From NCBI RefSeq assembly GCF_009914755.1, contig NC_060928.1: DNA of 64,000 bases; one strand, 5' to 3'. This document shows, piece after piece, positions 1-9,731 of this stretch. The position numbers and the translations under genes were made by a program. Numbering within the stretch: the first letter of the stretch is position 1; each line of letters begins with the position of its first letter. The notes below the pieces were generated by a model. That model did not search any database. It was not told the DNA's origin and saw nothing but the letters and a program-made list of their open reading frames with translations. This DNA is from the human T2T-CHM13v2.0 reference genome, Homo sapiens.

Positions 1-35
1 AACGGGAGTTTCTTCATATAAACTCAAGACAGATG

Positions 36-3000
36 CATTCTCCGAAACATCTCTGTGATGTTTGCATTCCACTCATAGAGTTGAAAACTTCCTTTCATAG
101 AGCAGGTTTGAAACACTCTTTTTGTAATATTTGGAAGTGGACATTTGCAGCGCTTTGAGGCCTATGGTGAAAAAGGAAATATCTTCTCATAAAAACCAGA
201 AACAAGCATTCTCAGAAACTTCTTTTTGATGTGTGTACTCAAGTAACAGAGTTGAACCTTCCTTTTGACACAGCAGTTTTGAAACAATCTTTTTGTAGAA
301 TCTGCAAGTGGATATTTGGATAGCTTTGAGGATTTCGTTGGAAACGGGATATCTTCATATAAAATCTAGACAGAAGCGTTCTCAGATACTTCTTTGTGCT
401 GTATGTCCTCAATTAACAGAGTTGAACCATTGCTTGGATACAGCATTTTGGAAACATTCCTTGAGTAGAATCTGCAAGTTGATATTTAGATAGATTTGAA
501 GATTTCGTTGGAAAAGGGAATATCTCCATATAAAATCTAGAGGGAAGCATTCTCAGAAACTGCTTTGTGATGTTTCCATTCAAGTCACAGAGTTGAATAT
601 TCCCTTTTATAGAGCACGTTTGAAACACTCTTTCTGCACTATCTGGAAGTGGACATTTCGAGCGCTTTGAGGCCTATGGTGAAAAAGGAAATATCTTCCC
701 ATAAAAACTAGACAGAAGCATTCTCAGAAACTTGTTTGTGATGTGTGTATTCAACTAACAGAGTTGACCTTTTGTTTTTACAGAGCCGTTTTAAAACACT
801 CTTTTTGTGGAATCAGAAAGTGGATATTCGGATGGCTCTGAGGATTTCGTTGGAAGCGGGATTACATATAAAATCTAGAGAGAAGCATTCTCAGGAACTT
901 CTTTGTGATGTTTGCATTGAAGTCACAGAATTGAACATTCACTTTGATAGAGCAGGTTTGAAACACTCATTCTGTAGTATCTGGAAGTGGACATTTCAAG
1001 CGCTTTCAGGCCTATGGTGAGAAAGGAAATATCTTCGAATAAAAACTAGACAGAAGCATCCTCAGAAACTTATTTGTGATGTGTGTCCTCAACTAACAGA
1101 GTTGAAACTTTGTTTTGATACAGCATTTTGGAAACACTCTTTTTGTAGAATCTGCAGGTGGATATTTGGATAGCTTAGAGGGATTCGTTGGAAAGGGGAT
1201 ATCTTCATATAAAATCTAGACAGAAGCATTCTCAGAAACTTATTTGTGATGTGTGTCCTCAACTAACAGAGTTGAACCTTGGTTTTGATACAGCATTTTG
1301 GAAACACTCCTTTTGTAGAATCTGCAGGTGGATATGTGGATAGCTCTGAAGATTTCATTGGAAACGGGAATTTCTTCATATAAAATCAAACAGAAGCATT
1401 CTCAGAAACTTCTCAGTGATGTTTGCATTCAGCTCATGGAGTTGAACACTTCCTTTCATAGAGCCGGTTTGAAACACTCTTTCTGCACTACCTGGAAGAG
1501 GACATTTCGAGCGCTTTGAGTCCTATGGTGAAAAAGGAAATATCTTCTCATAAAAACCAGAAAGAAGCATTCTCAGAAACTTCTTTGTGTTGTGTGTACT
1601 CATGTAACAGTGTTGAACCATCCTTTTGACAGAGCAGTTTTGAAACACTCTTTTTGTAGAATCTGCAAGTGGATATTTGGATAGCTTTGAGGATTTCACT
1701 GGAAACGGGATGACATATAATATCTAGAGAGAAGCATTCTCAGGAACTTCTTTGTGATGTTTGCATTCAAGTCACAGAATTGAACATTCCCTTTCATAGA
1801 GCAGGTTTGAAACACTCTTTCTCTAGTATCTGGAAGTGGGCATTTCAAGCGCTTTCAGGCCTATGGAGAGAAAGGAAATACCTTCAAATAAAAACTAGAC
1901 AGAAGCATTCTCAGAAACTTATTTGTGATGTGTGTCCTCAACTAACAGAGTTGAACCTTTGTTTTGATACAGCATTTTGGAAACACTCCTTTTGTAGAAT
2001 CTGCAGGTGGATATTTGGATAGCTTTGAAGATTTCGTTGGAAACCGGAATATCTTCATATAAAATCAAGACAGAAGCATTCTCGGAAACATCTCTGTGAT
2101 GTTTGCATTCAACTCAGTAGAGTTGAACACTTCCTTTCATAGAGCAGGTATGAAACACTCTTTCTGCACTACCTGGAAGCGGACATTTCGAGCGCTTTGA
2201 GGCCTATGGTGAAAAAGGAAATATCTTCTCATAAAAACCAGAAAGAAGCATTCTCAGAAACTTCTTTGTGTTGTGTGTACTCAAGTAACAGTGTTGAACC
2301 TTCCTTTTGACACAGCAGTTTTGAAACACTCTTTTGGTAGAATCTGCAAGTGGATATTTGGATAGCTTTGAGGATTTCGTTGGAAACGGGTTATCTTCAT
2401 ATAAAATCCTGACAGGAGCATTCTCAGAAACTTCTTTGTGCTGTATGTCCTCAATTCACAGAGCTGAACCTTTGTTTGGATACAGCATTTTGGAGACATT
2501 CCATTAGTAGAATCTGCAAGTTGATATTTAGATAGCTTTGAAGATTTCGTTGGAAACGGGAATATCTTCATAGAAAATCTAGACGGAAGCATTCTCAGAA
2601 ACTGCTTTGTGATGTTTACATTCAAGTCACAGAGTTGAATATTCCCTTTTATAGAGTAGGTTTGAAACACTCTTTCGGCACTACCTGGAAGTGGATATTT
2701 CGAGCTCTTTGAGGCCTATGGTTATAAGGAAATATCTTCCCATAAAAACTAGACAGAAGCCGTCTCAGAAACTTGTTTGTGATGTGTGTATTCAACTAAC
2801 AGAGTTGAACATTTCTGTTACAGAGCAATTTTAAAACACTCTTTTTGTGGAATCTGAAAGTGCATAATTGGATAGCTTTGTGGATTTCGTTGGAAACGGG
2901 ATGACGTATAAAATCTAGAGAGAAGCATTCTCAGGAACTTCTTTCTGATGTTTGCATTCAAGTCACAGAATTGAACATTCCTTTTCATAGTGCAGGTTTG

Positions 3001-3267
3001 AAACACTCTTTCTGTAGTATCTGGAAGTGGACATTTCAAGCGCTTTCAGGCCTACGGGGAGAAAGGAAATATCTTCAAATAAAAACTAGACAGAAGGATT
3101 CTCAGAAACTTATTTGTGATGTGTGTCCTAAACGAACACAGTTGAACCTTTGTTTTGATACAGCATTTTGGAAACACTCCTTTTGTAGGATCTGCAGGTG
3201 GATATTTGGATAGATTTTAAGATTTCGTTGGAAACGGGAGTTTCTTCATAGAAACTCAAGACAGATG
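36..3267 (+). repeat. HOR copy 1 (19-mer, many private SNVs). Monomer starts: 36, 207, 377, 548, 719, 886, 1057, 1227, 1397, 1568, 1735, 1906, 2077, 2249, 2419, 2590, 2760, 2926, 3097; types A B B A B A B B A B A B A B B A B A B
   Basis: Counted CATTC-type monomer anchors; typed each monomer by pJ-alpha versus CENP-B box. Confidence 0.93.
162..178 (+). other. pJ-alpha box of an A-type monomer (representative; variants occur in M1, 4, 6, 9, 11, 13, 16, 18 of each HOR)
   Basis: CTATGGTGAAAAAGGAA at the position equivalent to the CENP-B box. Confidence 0.85.
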
Positions 3268-6200
3268 CATTCTCAGAAACATCTCTGTGATGTTTGCATT
3301 CCACTCATAGTGTTGAAAACTTCCTTTCATAGAGCAGGTTTGAAACACTCTTTTTGTAATATTTGGAAGTGGACATTTGCAGCGCTTTGAGGCCTATGGT
3401 GAAAAAGGAAATATCTTCTCATAAAAACCAGAAACAAGCATTCTCAGAAACTTCTTTTTGATGTGTGTACTCAAGTAACAGAGTTGAACCTTCCTTTTGA
3501 CACAGCAGTTTTGAAACAATCTTTTTGTAGAATCTGCAAGTGGATATTTGGATAGCTTTGAGGATTTCGTTGGAAACGGTATATCTTCATATAAAATCTA
3601 GACAGAAGCATTCTCAGAAACTTCTTTGTGCTGTATGTCCTCAATTAACAGAGTTGAACCATTGCTTGGATACAGCATTTTGGAAACATTCCTTGAGTAG
3701 AATCTGCAAGTTGATATTTAGATAGATTTGAAGATTTCGTTGGAAAAGGGAATATCTCCATATAAAATCTAGAGGGAAGCATTCTCAGAAACTGCTTTGT
3801 GATGTTTCCATTCAAGTCACAGAGTTGAATATTCCCTTTTATAGAGCACGTTTGAAACACTCTTTCTGCACTATCTGGAAGTGGACATTTCGAGCGCTTT
3901 GAGGCCTATGGTGAAAAAGGAAATATCTTCCCATAAAAACTAGACAGAAGCATTCTCAGAAACTTGTTTGTGATGTGTGTATTCAACTAACAGAGTTGAA
4001 CTTTTGTTTTTACAGAGCCGTTTTAAAACACTCTTTTTGTGGAATCAGAAAGTGGATATTCGGATGGCTCTGAGGATTTCGTTGGAAGCGGGATTACGTA
4101 TAAAATCTAGAGAGAAGCATTCTCAGGAACTTCTTTGTGATGTTTGCATTGAAGTCACAGAATTGAACATTCACTTTGATAGAGCAGGTTTGAAACACTC
4201 ATTCTGTAGTATCTGGAAGTGGACATTTCAAGCGCTTTCAGGCCTATGGTGAGAAAGGAAATATCTTCGAATAAAAACTAGACAGAAGCATCCTCAGAAA
4301 CTTATTTGTGATGTGTGTCCTCAACTAACAGAGTTGAAACTTTGTTTTGATACAGCATTTTGGAAACACTCTTTTTGTAGAATCTGCAGGTGGATATTTG
4401 GATAGCTTAGAGGGATTCGTTGGAAAGGGGATATCTTCATATAAAATCTAGACAGAAGCATTCTCAGAAACTTATTTGTGATGTGTGTCCTCAACTAACA
4501 GAGTTGAACCTTTGTTTTGATACAGCATTTTGGAAACACTCCTTTTGTAGAATCTGCAGGTGGATATGTGGATAGCTCTGAAGATTTCGTTGGAAACGGG
4601 AATTTCTTCATATAAAATCAAACAGAAGCATTCTCAGAAACTTCTCAGTGATGTTTGCATTCAGCTCATGGAGTTGAACACTTCCTTTCATAGAGCCGGT
4701 TTGAAACACTCTTTCTGCACTACCTGGAAGAGGACATTTCGAGCGCTTTGAGTCCTATGGTGAAAAAGGAAATATCTTCTCATAAAAACCAGAAAGAAGC
4801 ATTCTCAGAAACTTCTTTGTGTTGTGTGTACTCATGTAACAGTGTTGAACCATCCTTTTGACAGAGCAGTTTTGAAACACTCTTTTTGTAGAATCTGCAA
4901 GTGGATATTTGGATAGCTTTGAGGATTTCGTTGGAAACGGGATGACATATAATATCTAGAGAGAAGCATTCTCAGGAACTTCTTTGTGATGTTTGCATTC
5001 AAGTCACAGAATTGAACATTCCCTTTCATAGAGCAGGTTTGAAACACTCTTTCTCTAGTATCTGGAAGTGGGCATTTCAAGCGCTTTCAGGCCTATGGAG
5101 AGAAAGGAAATACCTTCAAATAAAAACTAGACAGAAGCATTCTCAGAAACTTATTTGTGATGTGTGTCCTCAACTAACAGAGTTGAACCTTTGTTTTGAT
5201 ACAGCATTTTGGAAACACTCCTTTTGTAGAATCTGCAGGTGGATATTTGGATAGCTTTGAAGATTTCGTTGGAAACCGGAATATCTTCATATAAAATCAA
5301 GACAGAAGCATTCTCGGAAACATCTCTGTGATGTTTGCATTCAACTCAGTAGAGTTGAACACTTCCTTTCATAGAGCAGGTTTGAAACACTCTTTCTGCA
5401 CTACCTGGAAGCGGACATTTCGAGCGCTTTGAGGCCTATGGTGAAAAAGGAAATATCTTCTCATAAAAACCAGAAAGAAGCATTCTCAGAAACTTCTTTG
5501 TGTTGTGTGTACTCAAGTAACAGTGTTGAACCTTCCTTTTGACACAGCAGTTTTGAAACACTCTTTTGGTAGAATCTGCAAGTGGATATTTGGATAGCTT
5601 TGAGGATTTCGTTGGAAACGGGTTATCTTCATATAAAATGCAGACAGGAGCATTCTCAGAAACTTCTTTGTGCTGTATGTCCTCAATTCACAGAGCTGAA
5701 CCTTTGTTTGGATACAGCATTTTGGAGACATTCCTTTAGTAGAATCTGCAAGTTGATATTTAGATAGCTTTGAAGATTTCGTTGGAAACGGGAATATCTT
5801 CATAGAAAATCTAGACGGAAGCATTCTCAGAAACTGCTTTGTGATGTTTGCATTCAAGTCACAGAGTTGAATATTCCCTTTTATAGAGTAGGTTTGAAAC
5901 ACTCTTTCGGCACTACCTGGAAGTGGATATTTCGAGCTCTTTGAGGCCTATGGTTAAAAGGAAATATCTTCCCATAAAAACTAGACAGAAGCCGTCTCAG
6001 AAACTTGTTTGTGATGTGTGTATTCAACTACCAGAGTTGAACATTTCTGTTACAGACCAATTTTAAAACACTCTTTTTGTGGAATCTGAAAGTGGATAAT
6101 TGGATAGCTTTGTGGATTTCGTTGGAAACGGGATGACGTATAAAATCTAGAGAGAAGCATTCTCAGGAACTTCTTTCTGATGTTTGCATTCAAGTCACAG

Positions 6201-6499
6201 AATTGAACATTCCTTTTCATAGTGCAGGTTTGAAACACTCTTTCTGTAGTATCTGGAAGTGGACATTTCAAGCGCTTTCAGGCCTACGGGGAGAAAGGAA
6301 ATATCTTCAAATAAAAACTAGACAGAAGGATTCTCAGAAACTTATTTGTGATGTGTGTCCTAAACGAACACAGTTGAACCTTTGTTTTGATACAGCATTT
6401 TGGAAACACTCCTTTTGTAGGATCTGCAGGTGGATATTTGGATAGATTTTAAGATTTCGTTGGAAACGGGAATTTCTTCATAGAAACTCAAGACAGATG
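3268..6499 (+). repeat. HOR copy 2 (19-mer)
   Basis: 3232-bp periodicity; AGATGCATTC anchor. Confidence 0.93.
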
Positions 6500-6796
6500 C
6501 ATTCTCAGAAACTTCTCTGTGATGTTTGCATTCCACTCATAGAGTTGAAAACTTCCTTTCATAGAGCAGGTTTGAAACACTCTTTTTGTAATATTTGGAA
6601 GTGGACATTTGCAGCGCTTTGAGGCCTATGGTGAAAAAGGAAATATCTTCTCATAAAAACCAGAAACAAGCATTCTCAGAAACTTCTTTTTGATGTGTGT
6701 ACTCAAGTAACAGAGTTGAACCTTCCTTTTGACACAGCAGTTTTGAAACAATCTTTTTGTAGAATCTGCAAGTGGATATTTGGATAGCTTTGAGGA

Positions 6797-6813
6797 TTTC
6801 GTTGGAAACGGGA
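6797..6813 (+). other. CENP-B box, M2 (representative, HOR3)
   Basis: TTTCGTTGGAAACGGGA matches core NTTCGNNNNANNCGGGN. Confidence 0.92.
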
Positions 6814-7308
6814 TATCTTCATATAAAATCTAGACAGAAGCATTCTCAGAAACTTCTTTGTGCTGTATGTCCTCAATTAACAGAGTTGAACCATTGCTTG
6901 GATACAGCATTTTGGAAACATTCCTTGAGTAGAATCTGCAAGTTGATATTTAGATAGATTTGAAGATTTCGTTGGAAAAGGGAATATCTCCATAGAAAAT
7001 CTAGAGGGAAGCATTCTCAGAAACTGCTTTGTGATGTTTCCATTCAAGTCACAGAGTTGAATATTCCCTTTTATAGAGCACGTTTGAAACACTCTTTCTG
7101 CACTATCTGGAAGTGGACATTTCGAGCGCTTTGAAGCCTATGGTGAAAAAGGAAATATCTTCCCACAAAAACTAGACAGAAGCATTCTCAGAAACTTGTT
7201 TGTGATGTGTGTATTCAACTAACAGAGTTGAACTTTTGTTTTTACAGAGCCGTTTTAAAACACTCTTTTTGTGGAATCAGAAAGTGGATATTCGGATGGC
7301 TCTGAGGA

Positions 7309-7325
7309 TTTCGTTGGAAGCGGGA
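7309..7325 (+). other. CENP-B box, M5 (HOR3)
   Basis: TTTCGTTGGAAGCGGGA, core intact. Confidence 0.9.
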
Positions 7326-7816
7326 TTACATATAAAATCTAGAGAGAAGCATTCTCAGGAACTTCTTTGTGATGTTTGCATTGAAGTCACAGAATTGAAC
7401 ATTCACTTTGATAGAGCAGGTTTGAAACACTCATTCTGTAGTATCTGGAAATGGACATTTCAAGCGCTTTCAGGCCTATGGTGAGAAAGGAAATATCTTC
7501 GAATAAAAACTAGACAGAAGCATCCTCAGAAACTTATTTGTGATGTGTGTCCTCAACTAACAGAGTTGAAACTTTGTTTTGATACAGCATTTTGGAAACA
7601 CTCTTTTTGTAGAATCTGCAGGTGGATATTTGGATAGCTTAGAGGGATTCGTTGGAAAGGGGATATCTTCATATAAAATCTAGACAGAAGCATTCTCAGA
7701 AACTTATTTGTGATGTGTGTCCTCAACTAACAGAGTTGAACCTTGGTTTTGATACAGCATTTTGGAAACACTCCTTTTGTAGAATCTGCAGGTGGATATG
7801 TGGATAGCTCTGAAGA

Positions 7817-7833
7817 TTTCGTTGGAAACGGGA
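7817..7833 (+). other. CENP-B box, M8 (HOR3)
   Basis: TTTCGTTGGAAACGGGA. Confidence 0.92.
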
Positions 7834-8157
7834 ATTTCTTCATATAAAATCAAACAGAAGCATTCTCAGAAACTTCTCAGTGATGTTTGCATTCAGCTCA
7901 TGGAGTTGAACACTTCCTTTCATAGAGCCGGTTTGAAACACTCTTTCTGCACTACCTGGAAGAGGACATTTCGAGCGCTTTGAGTCCTATGGTGAAAAAG
8001 GAAATGTCTTCTCATAAAAACCAGAAAGAAGCATTCTCAGAAACTTCTTTGTGTTGTGTATACTCATGTAACAGTGTTGAACCATCCTTTTGACAGAGCA
8101 GTTTTGAAACACTCTTTTTGTAGAATCTGCAAGTGGATATTTGGATAGCTTTGAGGA

Positions 8158-8174
8158 TTTCGTTGGAAACGGGA
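8158..8174 (+). other. CENP-B box, M10 (HOR3)
   Basis: TTTCGTTGGAAACGGGA. Confidence 0.92.
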
Positions 8175-8838
8175 TGACATATAGTATCTAGAGAGAAGCA
8201 TTCTCAGGAACTTCTTTGTGATGTTTGCATTCAAGTCACAGAATTGAACATTCCCTTTCATAGAGCAGGTTTGAAACACTCTTTCTCTAGTATCTGGAAG
8301 TGGGCATTTCAAGCGCTTTCAGGCCTATGGAGAGAAAGGAAATACCTTCAAATAAAAACTAGACAGAAGCATTCTCAGAAACTTATTTGTGATGTGTGTC
8401 CTCAACTAACAGAGTTGAACCTTTGTTTTGATACAGCATTTTGGAAACACTCCTTTTGTAGAATCTGCAGGTGGATATTTGGATAGCTTTGAAGATTTCG
8501 TTGGAAACCGGAATATCTTCATATAAAATCAAGACAGAAGCATTCTCGGAAACATCTCTGTGATGTTTGCATTCAACTCAGTAGAGTTGAACACTTCCTT
8601 TCATAGAGCAGGTTTGAAACACTCTTTCTGCACTACCTGGAAGCGGACATTTCGAGCGCTTTGAGGCCTATGGTGAAAAAGGAAATATCTTCTCATAAAA
8701 ACCAGAAAGAAGCATTCTCAGAAACTTCTTTGTGTTGTGTGTACTCAAGTAACAGTGTTGAACCTTCCTTTTGACACAGCAGTTTTGAAACACTCTTTTG
8801 GTAGAATCTGCAAGTGGATATTTGGATAGCTTTGAGGA

Positions 8839-8855
8839 TTTCGTTGGAAACGGGT
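8839..8855 (+). other. CENP-B box, M14 (HOR3)
   Basis: TTTCGTTGGAAACGGGT, core intact. Confidence 0.88.
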
Positions 8856-9008
8856 TATCTTCATATAAAATGCAGACAGGAGCATTCTCAGAAACTTCTT
8901 TGTGCTGTATGTCCTCAATTCACAGAGCTGAACCTTTGTTTGGATACAGCATTTTGGAGACATTCCTTTAGTAGAATCTGCAAGTTGATATTTAGATAGC
9001 TTTGAAGA

Positions 9009-9025
9009 TTTCGTTGGAAACGGGA
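9009..9025 (+). other. CENP-B box, M15 (HOR3)
   Basis: TTTCGTTGGAAACGGGA. Confidence 0.92.
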
Positions 9026-9348
9026 ATATCTTCATAGAAAATCTAGACGGAAGCATTCTCAGAAACTGCTTTGTGATGTTTGCATTCAAGTCACAGAGTT
9101 GAATATTCCCTTTTATAGAGTAGGTTTGAAACACTCTTTCGGCACTACCTGGAAGTGGATATTTCGAGCTCTTTGAGGCCTATGGTTAAAAGGAAATATC
9201 TTCCCATAAAAACTAGACAGAAGCCGTCTCAGAAACTTGTTTGTGATGTGTGTATTCAACTACCAGAGTTGAACATTTCTGTTACAGACCAATTTTAAAA
9301 CACTCTTTTTGTGGAATCTGAAAGTGGATAATTGGATAGCTTTGTGGA

Positions 9349-9365
9349 TTTCGTTGGAAACGGGA
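9349..9365 (+). other. CENP-B box, M17 (HOR3)
   Basis: TTTCGTTGGAAACGGGA. Confidence 0.92.
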
Positions 9366-9686
9366 TGACGTATAAAATCTAGAGAGAAGCATTCTCAGGA
9401 ACTTCTTTCTGATGTTTGCATTCAAGTCACAGAATTGAACATTCCTTTTCATAGTGCAGGTTTGAAACACTCTTTCTGTAGTATCTGGAAGTGGACATTT
9501 CAAGCGCTTTCAGGCCTACGGGGAGAAAGGAAATATCTTCAAATAAGAACTAGACAGAAGGATTCTCAGAAACTTATTTGTGATGTGTGTCCTAAACGAA
9601 CACAGTTGAACCTTTGTTTTGATACAGCATTTTGGAAACACTCCTTTTGTAGGATCTGCAGGTGGATATTTGGATAGATTTTAAGA

Positions 9687-9703
9687 TTTCGTTGGAAACG
9701 GGA
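9687..9703 (+). other. CENP-B box, M19 (HOR3)
   Basis: TTTCGTTGGAAACGGGA. Confidence 0.92.
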
Positions 9704-9731
9704 ATTTCTTCATAGAAACTCAAGACAGATG

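Larger units (their letters stand above)
6500..9731 (+). repeat. HOR copy 3 (19-mer)
   Basis: 3232-bp periodicity. Confidence 0.93.

Noticed and set aside
866-873. TATA-like (TATAAAA) and AATAAA-like motifs in many monomers
   Set aside because: They are intrinsic to the AT-rich monomer consensus. Promoter or polyadenylation function cannot be supported from sequence alone.
988-1012. Short palindromes and dyads (AAGCGCTT, AGGCCT, TCTAGA) as cruciform candidates
   Set aside because: The arms are only 3-4 bp and are expected by chance. I saw no long inverted repeat.
1780-2022. Cys/His-rich ORF resembling a zinc finger (CDVC...H..C..C)
   Set aside because: It is a translation artefact of the TGTGATGTGTGT and AAACACTC alphoid motifs, and the spacing does not fit a C2H2 finger.
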